A DNA stretch of 50,832 bases from positions 1-50,832 of the forward strand of contig CAIKKG010000014.1 in NCBI GenBank assembly GCA_903827975.1, given 5' to 3'. The stretch's first letter is position 1, and the number at the start of each line of letters is the position of its first letter. A model generated the notes under the pieces. That model saw only the letters and a list, made by a program, of their open reading frames with translations, did not search any database and had not been told where the DNA came from. This stretch comes from an uncultured bacterium. GTDB taxonomy: Bacteria > Patescibacteriota > Minisyncoccia > UBA6257 > GWB1-50-10. The position numbers and the translations under genes are program-made. Positions 28,890 to 35,463 of the stretch are shown piece after piece.

Positions 28890-29546
28890 TTAGTTTTTCG
28901 AACACTTTCCGTTATAGAAATCGATTGTACTGCATTCCTTACCATCCTTCCATTTGCAGACAGAGTTTGGAACCGCAAAAGTTGATCCCCCACTCCAAGC
29001 ACAGTATTTCTGGTCAATCGTGTCATATCCAGTCGTTTTCATTCCGCCGACCTGACACTCTCCTCTAAACAATGCCCATTCCTCACATGCGCGCGCATCT
29101 TCGAAATAACAAAGTCCATACTCACTTCCATCTTCTTTTTTCTGCATTTGTAGATTGCCGCCAACTTTAACACAGTTTTCTGATGCAGGATTTGCGATTT
29201 GTGGATTTGGTGGTTGTGGTTCCGGCTCTGATATTACTGGTGCATTTTTAACCTCATTCATTCTAGGAATCGAGATGATCGTATATATGATTGTAGATAA
29301 TATTACTAAACCAAATATGCCAAGCATCCACGTGTCTTCCTTGTTTGGATTCTTAAATTGTGCGCGAATACTTACCACTAGACCATAAAGCAACCCGCCA
29401 AATAGGAATACTAGGCTTGTTGGAATAAGCCAGAATGGTTCCTGGAGTACCCCATTATCCAAAACCTTTGAGCCAATGAGTGTATATGCAATAAGGCAGA
29501 CGATTCCTAAAATAAATAAAATAAAAGAGATAAAATATTTCTTCAT
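28890..29546 (-). CDS. membrane protein with C-terminal DUF333 (putative-hemolysin-like) Cys-rich domains
   Basis: Three TM segments, then NPASENCVKVGGNLQ...GLCYFEDARACEEWALFRGEC, which matches the DUF333 pattern. Confidence 0.6.
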   Translation of the reverse strand: MKKYFISFILFILGIVCLIAYTLIGSKVLDNGVLQEPFWLIPTSLVFLFGGLLYGLVVSIRAQFKNPNKEDTWMLGIFGLVILSTIIYTIISIPRMNEVKNAPVISEPEPQPPNPQIANPASENCVKVGGNLQMQKKEDGSEYGLCYFEDARACEEWALFRGECQVGGMKTTGYDTIDQKYCAWSGGSTFAVPNSVCKWKDGKECSTIDFYNGKCSKN

Positions 29547-29584
29547 ATTTTGATTGTAACACAGAGAATTAGTGCACCACCCAT

Positions 29585-30544
29585 TTACACCTTTAAAATT
29601 ATTTCTATTGTGTCTCTAATAACATCTGGATCACTGAATATCTGATTGCCATCGGTAATCAGTACAAGCGGGGCTGATATAACCCTCGGGTCTTCTGATT
29701 TATTAAATAAATCTAGAATTCCTTTGCTTTCTAATGAATATTTCAAAAGTACTTCATTAGGAATTGTCGCGTTGTTACATATAATATAATCCGCATTTCT
29801 TCCTAATCGTTTTTCAATACTCTCCACGAAATCAGCGGCAGTATAATTATCCGTCTCTCCCTTTTTAGTCATAATATTCAGAATCAAAATTATTTTTGAA
29901 TTTGATTTCTGAATCGCTTCTTTTACTCCTTTTGGTAATAAAGTTGGAATAATACTCGAATATAAGTCCCCCGGGCAGATGATTATATAATCAGACTTTT
30001 CAATTGCATCTAAAGTTGCAATTGATGCACTGACTTCAGGCTTAAGATAGATATCTGATATTGAATGCACACTTGGATTCCACAAAGGATTCTTCGCAAT
30101 CATATCAATATTTGTTTCTCCTGAAATTGTATTTCCAATATTTAGCCTTGCGCACAATTCTGTTTTCTCATTTGTTACTGGCAATATTCTGTGGTCTCCC
30201 AATCCGCACAACCTCCCCATCAATTTTGGAGCTTCTTCATACCCACCAACTTTTTCAAGTGCGTGGAACAATACATTTTTTACCGAGTGACTATGCAACG
30301 GTCCATTCTCATATCGAAACATGAGTGTCTTTGCAAGAAGTTCGTCCTCGCATAATGCTGCGATGCATTTTGTCACATCGCCTGTATATCCACTTCCGTC
30401 ATACTCATTTTGTAATATGCCGGTTGATCCGCCCGAATCAGTGCTTGGGCAGATGCCGGTAATTCGAATATCTTCTAATTGTTTGAGGGCCTTAAGAACT
30501 TGTGAGTGTCCGCTTCCTCCCCCAAATGTCACGACATGTTTCAT
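29585..30544 (-). CDS. YvcK/CofD-family (gluconeogenesis factor / 2-phospho-L-lactate transferase-like) protein
   Basis: VVTFGGGSGHSQVLKALK N-terminus and an ICPGDLYSSIIP region typical of the UPF0052/CofD family. Confidence 0.75.
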   Translation of the reverse strand: MKHVVTFGGGSGHSQVLKALKQLEDIRITGICPSTDSGGSTGILQNEYDGSGYTGDVTKCIAALCEDELLAKTLMFRYENGPLHSHSVKNVLFHALEKVGGYEEAPKLMGRLCGLGDHRILPVTNEKTELCARLNIGNTISGETNIDMIAKNPLWNPSVHSISDIYLKPEVSASIATLDAIEKSDYIIICPGDLYSSIIPTLLPKGVKEAIQKSNSKIILILNIMTKKGETDNYTAADFVESIEKRLGRNADYIICNNATIPNEVLLKYSLESKGILDLFNKSEDPRVISAPLVLITDGNQIFSDPDVIRDTIEIILKV

Positions 30545-30671
30545 ACAGTTTTAGTATACCCGAGGGGTGTGTCTGTGCAATCGGCCTAATGTGTGGGTTT
30601 GGCAACTAAATCAGGAATCCAAGGGTGTGTCCTCATTCAATTTATGCCAACTAGTGATACACTTTATTCAT

Positions 30672-31295
30672 ATGGAACTATCACTCATTATTGTTGTACT
30701 AGTCTTAATCGCATGGTCACTCATTGGATACTTCTCTTCTAGAGTAGAACAGACCGAATATTCCACACTAAAGAAGGCGGAGGGTTACGAAATCCGCAAA
30801 TACCCTGCTCATATAGTTGCAGAGACGATTGTTTCAGGGCCATATCGCGAAGCATTGAGTCAAGGATTTCGCATAGTAGCCGGTTATATATTTGGTGGAA
30901 ACACAAAGAAGGAGAGTATCTCGATGACTGCGCCTGTTACTCAGCAAACGTCCCGTGGGCAGTCAATTGCAATGACCGCACCCGTAATCGCAAGTATTGA
31001 TGGAGAGTCTCACACGATTGCATTTGGAATGCCTCGCTCACATACATTAGCAACACTCCCCACACCTACTGACTCGCGTGTAAGTATTGTTGAAGTGCCA
31101 GCAAAGAAGATGGCGGCAAAAAGATTCACTATGTGGCGCACTGGTGTAGGTTTTCAATCTAAAAAACAAGAACTCCTTTCAGCATTAGAAAAAGATAAAA
31201 TTACTGTAATCGGAGAACCTCAATATGCTGGATACAATGCACCATGGACTCCACCATGGATGATGCGCAACGAAGTATTAGTAGAAATTTTATAA
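30672..31295 (+). CDS. SOUL heme-binding family protein with N-terminal anchor
   Basis: YEIRKYPAHIVAET plus two MTAPV motifs. ATG at 30672 (MELSLIIVV...) is preferred over the GTG at 30567. Confidence 0.8.
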   Translation: MELSLIIVVLVLIAWSLIGYFSSRVEQTEYSTLKKAEGYEIRKYPAHIVAETIVSGPYREALSQGFRIVAGYIFGGNTKKESISMTAPVTQQTSRGQSIAMTAPVIASIDGESHTIAFGMPRSHTLATLPTPTDSRVSIVEVPAKKMAAKRFTMWRTGVGFQSKKQELLSALEKDKITVIGEPQYAGYNAPWTPPWMMRNEVLVEIL

Positions 31296-31306
31296 CGTCT
31301 TTCGCC

Positions 31307-31756
31307 TTATATTTTATTTGGCAATAAATACCTCAAGACACTTTCCCAATCCGGAAATGTTTCGGAGCCGAAATGGATGAATTCACCCGCAAATTCAGAT
31401 GCTCCATTTTTCATCCGGTCATCAATTAAGTAATCACCCATATTTAGATTTTTGTGGTGCGTAAGAATGAGCCGTTTATGTGCTGGCTGTCCGAGATATT
31501 TTTTCACCCACTCCAACTTATCAGACCATGCAGACGGATTGTTCCATGGCGAGGTAGATAAAATATATACATCAAAAACCTGCGATAATTCCTCAAAAGC
31601 GCTAATTGCCCCATCGATTGGATCCATAAGTGCGAATATTCCCGGTATGTCGTCCTTGTCTCCAGGGGCGTCTAAAATACTTTTATCTAATTTTGGAAAG
31701 GCCGAAGGGAAATTTACCAGTACATTGTCTAGGTCGATGTAGAGAATTTTCTTCAT
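31307..31756 (-). CDS. 5'(3')-deoxyribonucleotidase-like HAD phosphatase (NT5C family)
   Basis: HAD motif I in YIDLDNVLVNF. Size and layout are typical of NT5C. Confidence 0.7.
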   Translation of the reverse strand: MKKILYIDLDNVLVNFPSAFPKLDKSILDAPGDKDDIPGIFALMDPIDGAISAFEELSQVFDVYILSTSPWNNPSAWSDKLEWVKKYLGQPAHKRLILTHHKNLNMGDYLIDDRMKNGASEFAGEFIHFGSETFPDWESVLRYLLPNKI

Positions 31757-31917
31757 ACAGTGATTTTACACTTAAAATTTATCTTGTGGTACTTTTTGGT
31801 GAAGTATGAGTATTTTTTGTGAGCAATTACACATACTTGCTTTTCCAAAACACATAACGCAGAGTATGAATAGAACCTAATGGTTTCTTTAAACCATTAA
31901 CAAAAAAAGGAGGATAT

Positions 31918-32328
31918 ATGAGCTCAGATTGTCGCTGTAATCAGTGCGGTTGTACTTTTGAACCTGTTTGGCTTGGCTCCCACTCTCTTTGCTCAGATTG
32001 TGAGAGTGAGGCCAATGAGGCCGCTAGTTTAGCAGCAGCAGAAGCGAGAGAGTCCTTGACGGATATGGGTTACACTGGGGATATTGAAGGCGCTTCTCAT
32101 ACTGTACGCTGTCGCGTTTTTCACAGCCAGGAATCCAGTGGAAGGTTCGAGGGTGGCGATATCCACCGCTGTGCTCGTTGTGAGTGCGAGATTAAGTCAG
32201 ATTTTTCAATGTGTGAAAGTTGCCTCTCAACGGCCAGAGCTGAGAGTGAGGAAAGAGACCGGCAGAGAGAATACGAACAGTCGAAAATTGACTCTGAGCT
32301 TGATAGTATCGTTAGGCGTTATACTTAG
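31918..32328 (+). CDS. hypothetical Cys-rich (double zinc-ribbon-like) protein
   Basis: Strong SD (aaaggaggatatATG). CxCxxCxC...CxxC and CxxCxC...CxxC clusters, an acidic C-terminus, and its own terminator. Confidence 0.6.
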   Translation: MSSDCRCNQCGCTFEPVWLGSHSLCSDCESEANEAASLAAAEARESLTDMGYTGDIEGASHTVRCRVFHSQESSGRFEGGDIHRCARCECEIKSDFSMCESCLSTARAESEERDRQREYEQSKIDSELDSIVRRYT

Positions 32329-32334
32329 TAAATT

Positions 32335-32362
32335 AACCCGCCAAATTGGCGGGTTTTTATTT
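32335..32362. terminator. intrinsic terminator
   Basis: Stem aacccgcc / loop aaatt / stem ggcgggtt, followed by a T-run. Confidence 0.7.
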
Positions 32363-32389
32363 TGTGCTTTTTAGGTAATAGATGGAGTA

Positions 32390-32683
32390 CTAACTCAAAC
32401 AAAAATAAAAAGTAGTGATGATTATGATTTGGAAAAGGATTGCCATTAAAATCCTTTTGATGCCTGCGAACGATAAAATAGAAACGCGATAAAACGCGCT
32501 TGTTTTTGAAGGATTGAATAAATATACCGATAGCGATAAAAAATATATTATAGCTGACATTACCATAACCACCAGAAGATTCGGACCCTCCGGATCATTG
32601 AAAAAAAAGAACATTGTCCTAGAACACACGATGGACATTAGACCCAAGATTAGTAGTGAGGTCTTTTTTGATTTGAAGTACAT
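32390..32683 (-). CDS. hypothetical 3-TM membrane protein (97 aa)
   Basis: Hydrophobic profile. Competes with the overlapping plus-strand ORF 32514..32849, which runs into the hairpin repeats and is judged spurious. Confidence 0.45.
   Translation of the reverse strand: MYFKSKKTSLLILGLMSIVCSRTMFFFFNDPEGPNLLVVMVMSAIIYFLSLSVYLFNPSKTSAFYRVSILSFAGIKRILMAILFQIIIITTFYFCLS
32477..32494 (+). repeat. 18-bp direct repeat, left copy (aatagaaacgcgataaaa)
   Basis: Exact match to 33460..33477. Lies inside the 97-aa ORF. Confidence 0.85.
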
Positions 32684-32707
32684 ATCTAAAATTATATCGG
32701 AAAATTT

Positions 32708-32747
32708 ATCAGCGTCGAAACCTACTAATTTCGACGTGATTTTTACG
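32708..32747 (+). repeat. 40-nt hairpin repeat (2 of 3)
   Basis: atcagcgtcgaaacctactaatttcgacgtgatttttacg: an 8-bp stem plus a T-rich tail. Confidence 0.9.
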
Positions 32748-32828
32748 TATACTTATTTACTTCTTGTGTCCCTAACTGGACATCCGCGAAGCGAATTCGA
32801 GCTTTTTACAAAGCCTAAAGCAATACTA

Positions 32829-32868
32829 ATCAGCGTCGAAACCTACTAATTTCGACGTGATTTTTACG
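32829..32868 (+). repeat. 40-nt hairpin repeat (3 of 3)
   Basis: Identical 40-mer 121 bp after the previous copy, 12 nt from the tRNA-Gln 3' end. Confidence 0.9.
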
Positions 32869-32880
32869 CTTAAAAATCAG

Positions 32881-32951
32881 CTGAGGGACTAGGAATCGGA
32901 CCTAGATTCACGGCTTCAAAGGCCGCTGTCCTACCATTAGACGATCCCTCA
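32881..32951 (-). tRNA. tRNA-Gln (anticodon UUG)
   Basis: Hand fold of the reverse complement: acceptor TGAGGGA/TCCCTCA (U1-A72), discriminator G73; D-arm GTCT-AATGGTA-GGAC; anticodon stem GCGGC/GCCGT with loop CTTTGAA; T-arm CTAGG-TCCGATT-CCTAG. Caveats are a C at position 55 and a 4-nt variable loop. Confidence 0.85.
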
Positions 32952-33200
32952 ATTTTGTAATCTTTCGATAATACTTAATTTCTCTTTTGCTCCTCCATAG
33001 CTTTTGAGAAATTTCTCACGCTGTCTCGCTTCCATTCTATATTGGAAAGATTCTGTATGTATTAACTCGAATGGTCTTCTGCTCTTCGTTGATCTTACGC
33101 GTCCTTTATTATGATATTCCAATCGCTTTGAAATATCACTCGTTAATCCAACGTAGTGTTTATTATCCTTAAGACTTTTGAGAATGTATACAAAATACAT
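32949..33200 (-). CDS. small GIY-YIG nuclease-domain protein (UPF0213/YhbQ-like)
   Basis: MYFVYILKS...HYVGLTSDISKRLEYHN...R..E carries the GIY-YIG signature. Its TGA stop is the first 3 nt of tRNA-Gln. Confidence 0.85.
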   Translation of the reverse strand: MYFVYILKSLKDNKHYVGLTSDISKRLEYHNKGRVRSTKSRRPFELIHTESFQYRMEARQREKFLKSYGGAKEKLSIIERLQN

Positions 33201-33206
33201 AATGCG

Positions 33207-33261
33207 GTCCTACCATTAGCCTGCCCGCGGACGGGCCTACCCGGCCAGGGACGATCCCTCA
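33207..33261 (-). pseudogene. orphan tRNA-Gln 5' fragment A (nt 1-24), interrupted by a 31-nt GC-rich palindrome
   Basis: gtcctaccattag + cctgcccgcggacgggcctacccggccaggg + acgatccctca. The flanking 13+11 nt are identical to 32928..32951 of the intact tRNA. Confidence 0.85.
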
Positions 33262-33385
33262 ATATACTTAGACTATCAGTAATCGTAGTTATATCTACGC
33301 ACCTATCTATCCACGGACTGCGACTCGCTTTGCTCGCTTGCACTGCTGTTTGTAATCAATCGAAGACTCTTGAACAAACAGGGAG

Positions 33386-33436
33386 CCTACCATTAGCCTG
33401 CCCGCAGACGGGTACCCGGCCAGGGACGATCCCGCA
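33386..33436 (-). pseudogene. orphan tRNA-like 5' fragment B, interrupted at the same position by a 29-nt GC-rich palindrome
   Basis: cctaccattag + cctgcccgcagacgggtacccggccaggg + acgatcccgca. Acceptor variant TGCGGGA. No matching 3' half downstream. Confidence 0.75.
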
Positions 33437-33459
33437 ATTGGTGAACTAGTATATTTAAC

Positions 33460-33477
33460 AATAGAAACGCGATAAAA
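33460..33477 (+). repeat. 18-bp direct repeat, right copy
   Basis: aatagaaacgcgataaaa is identical to 32477..32494. Confidence 0.85.
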
Positions 33478-33604
33478 TCTAGGGTTACTATTAAAATGTA
33501 CGTAAACTGAATTTGTGTTTACAAGGCATTGTGAATTAAGCATATTCTAGTTAGTTCAATGTAGGTTTTTGATTCGATATTAACAAACGAAAGGAGGTGT
33601 TTAT

Positions 33605-33700
33605 ATGCGAATTTTGTTTGAAATTACCTCTCACATTTTGAAGATTTGTGCAGATTGTCGTAAGGGCGATCATTGTGGAGAGTGCAATTGTTGCAAGTAG
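33605..33700 (+). CDS. 31-aa Cys-rich micro-protein (MRILFEITSHILKICADCRKGDHCGECNCCK)
   Basis: Hand-translated. Strong SD (aaaggaggtgtttatATG). Six Cys in the last 17 residues. Followed by the hairpin terminator at 33714. Confidence 0.45.
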   Translation: MRILFEITSHILKICADCRKGDHCGECNCCK

Positions 33701-33713
33701 TTGATTTACAAAG

Positions 33714-33740
33714 GGCCACGAAATTTCGTGGCCTTTATAT
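33714..33740 (+). terminator. intrinsic terminator after the micro-ORF
   Basis: Stem ggccacg / loop aaattt / stem cgtggcc, followed by tttatatat. Confidence 0.65.
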
Positions 33741-33770
33741 ATGATTTAAAGCACTTATAATGGATAAGTA

Positions 33771-34250
33771 ATGAAAAATGATTTGAGCAAAAAAATTGAA
33801 GAGCTCAGTTTAATAAATGATGAGTGGGGTGGCATAGATAAGAAAATAGTTATGCTTGTTGCCGCTCTAAATCTATCAGGAGTAAAGACCTCTATTTCTT
33901 GTGCTGGACATGTTGATAGGAGTTCCCAATTTCCTTATGTTACATTTCGCGGTTCGCGGCGGACAGTCGGAAAGTTTTTATCGGAGTTTTATAAGAATCG
34001 AAGAGTCAAAAAAGACACAAGAATTAATATTTATAAAGGTAAGGATGGTTTTTGGCTTTATAGTGGTGCTGGATTTTTAGTGTGGAAAAAAAAGGTACAG
34101 GAAAAAGCAAAAAAAATCTCTGAGGGTAAAAAAGTAGAAAGCCATAATCGCACAAGAGAAGAAAAACTTAAAATTAAAGTTAAGTTACTTTGTTATCAAA
34201 AGGAAATGAACGAATTTGCAAAGTTTTTGGAATATAAAATAAATGGTTAA
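33771..34250 (+). CDS. hypothetical protein (159 aa), Lys-rich C-terminus
   Basis: Clean ORF. No recognised motif. Confidence 0.55.
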   Translation: MKNDLSKKIEELSLINDEWGGIDKKIVMLVAALNLSGVKTSISCAGHVDRSSQFPYVTFRGSRRTVGKFLSEFYKNRRVKKDTRINIYKGKDGFWLYSGAGFLVWKKKVQEKAKKISEGKKVESHNRTREEKLKIKVKLLCYQKEMNEFAKFLEYKING

Positions 34251-34294
34251 AATATATGTGTTTCTGCGCTGAAATATTGTAAAATGATATTAAT

Positions 34295-34540
34295 ATGAAA
34301 AAAAAAACATGTGAGAGTTGTTTGATGCCCCTCTCAAAGGACACGGGGGTTGGAGAGTCAGATAAGTATTGCAGTTTTTGCTTTAGGGATGGAAAGTTGG
34401 TCTATGAAGGAAACGATGTGAATGAGTTTAAGAAAAGAGCACACGAAGGAATGATAAAAAAAGGTATGAATCCCCTTCTCGCGAAATTCTACACATGGAT
34501 GATTGGATTTGCGCCACGATGGAATAATAAACATGAGTAA
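34295..34540 (+). CDS. putative zinc-ribbon domain protein
   Basis: CESCLMPL...YCSFCFRDGKL matches the Zn_ribbon_2-type pattern (CxxCgMPl...YCxxCyxdG). Confidence 0.65.
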   Translation: MKKKTCESCLMPLSKDTGVGESDKYCSFCFRDGKLVYEGNDVNEFKKRAHEGMIKKGMNPLLAKFYTWMIGFAPRWNNKHE

Positions 34541-34946
34541 GACTCATGAGGAGCACATAAAGGATTTTCACACTGCATTTGGGCTTGATATTGGCTCGGA
34601 GCCGACTGTGAGATTATTAAAACTTCGTCGCGCACTTATCGATGAAGAAACAAAAGAATTGTTTGCCGATATTGATTCGGCTATTTTGCATTTGGAAAAA
34701 GGAGAGTTGGTCCCCCATGAGCTCTATGTAAATATGCTAAAGGAGCTTTCTGATGTGCAGGTTGTCGTGTCTGGTACTGCGGTTGCGGTTAAGCCGTTGG
34801 AAAAGTTGGATGAGGCATTTATTCGTGTTCATGAATCGAATATGAGTAAGCTTGGGGATGATGGAAAGCCGATATATCGAGAGGATGGGAAGGTTTTGAA
34901 AGGTCCTAACTATTTTAAACCTGATCTTACTGATCTCGTTTCATAA
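34533..34946 (+). CDS. MazG-like all-alpha nucleoside triphosphate pyrophosphohydrolase
   Basis: FHTAFGL...LIDEETKEL...[13 protein letters not shown]...VHESNMSKL...[15 protein letters not shown] pattern. ATG at 34533 overlaps the preceding gene by 8 nt. Confidence 0.6.
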   Translation: MSKTHEEHIKDFHTAFGLDIGSEPTVRLLKLRRALIDEETKELFADIDSAILHLEKGELVPHELYVNMLKELSDVQVVVSGTAVAVKPLEKLDEAFIRVHESNMSKLGDDGKPIYREDGKVLKGPNYFKPDLTDLVS

Positions 34947-34951
34947 ATACT

Positions 34952-35179
34952 ATGCCACACGAATCGAGCGACCCATTGCACGGAAAGACATTAGAATCCA
35001 TTCTTAATTTTTTAGTTGAGCGATATGGTTGGGGTGAGCTCGGAAATCGAATCAAGATTAAGTGCTTCATGAATGATCCGAGTATTAAATCGAGTCTTAC
35101 ATTTTTACGCAAAACTCCATGGGCGAGAGAAAAGGTTGAATTGTTATATCTAATTACAATTCAGCGCGAACAGGCATAA
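34952..35179 (+). CDS. VF530/DUF2132 family small DNA-binding protein
   Basis: [25 protein letters not shown]...[26 protein letters not shown] is characteristic of DUF2132. Confidence 0.75.
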   Translation: MPHESSDPLHGKTLESILNFLVERYGWGELGNRIKIKCFMNDPSIKSSLTFLRKTPWAREKVELLYLITIQREQA

Positions 35180-35421
35180 TGTATTACGTTTATATTTTGA
35201 AATGTGCGGATGGGTCTTTATATGCGGGGAGTACGAATAATCTTGAGAAAAGACTGAAGCAACACAACGAAGCAAAGTCGGGGGCGCATTATACGAAAAT
35301 CAGACGACCCGTTGAGCTGGTCTATAAAGAAGAGTGTGCCACGTATTCACTAGCCCGCACACGTGAGGCAGAGATTAAACGCCTTTCGAGAGAGAAGAAG
35401 TTAGGGTTGATTGAGAAATAA
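35179..35421 (+). CDS. small GIY-YIG nuclease-domain protein (second paralog)
   Basis: [28 protein letters not shown]...R..E. The start overlaps the VF530 stop (TAATG). Confidence 0.85.
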   Translation: MYYVYILKCADGSLYAGSTNNLEKRLKQHNEAKSGAHYTKIRRPVELVYKEECATYSLARTREAEIKRLSREKKLGLIEK

Positions 35422-35450
35422 AAAACGCCAGAAGGCGTTTTTCTTTTTGT
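35422..35450. terminator. bidirectional intrinsic terminator
   Basis: Stem aacgcc / loop agaa / stem ggcgtt, with A-run and T-run flanks between convergent genes. Confidence 0.7.
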
Positions 35451-35463
35451 TGTAAGTTGTATG

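Noticed and set aside
32514-32849. 111-aa plus-strand ORF
   Set aside because: It overlaps the more membrane-protein-like minus-strand ORF and extends through both hairpin repeats, ending inside the second one. It is judged spurious, though the choice between the two ORFs is not certain.
32708-32868. Possible mini-CRISPR array formed by the two identical 40-nt hairpin repeats
   Set aside because: Only two adjacent copies are present. The spacer is 81 bp, far longer than typical spacers. A third copy is inverted 32.7 kb away. No cas genes or leader were seen in the window.
19-32868. The inverted 40-mers as terminal inverted repeats of a 32.7-kb transposon
   Set aside because: The enclosed DNA is almost entirely core housekeeping (secA, gltX, the dcw genes, dnaX) with no transposase. 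A dispersed REP-like repeat is the simpler reading.
33207-33436. Intron-containing or split tRNA genes (group I intron or archaeal-type BHB intron in the D-arm)
   Set aside because: Neither fragment is followed by an anticodon arm, T-arm or a complementary acceptor 3' strand (no TCCCTCA or TCCCGCA downstream). The inserts are far too short for group I/II introns. They are better read as orphan 5' fragments with small insertions.
33156-33543. Track ORFs 33156..33449 (+), 33143..33343 (-) and 33307..33543 (-)
   Set aside because: They run across the tRNA fragments and GC-rich palindromes, lack SD sequences, and overlap each other and the GIY-YIG gene. They are non-coding readthrough.
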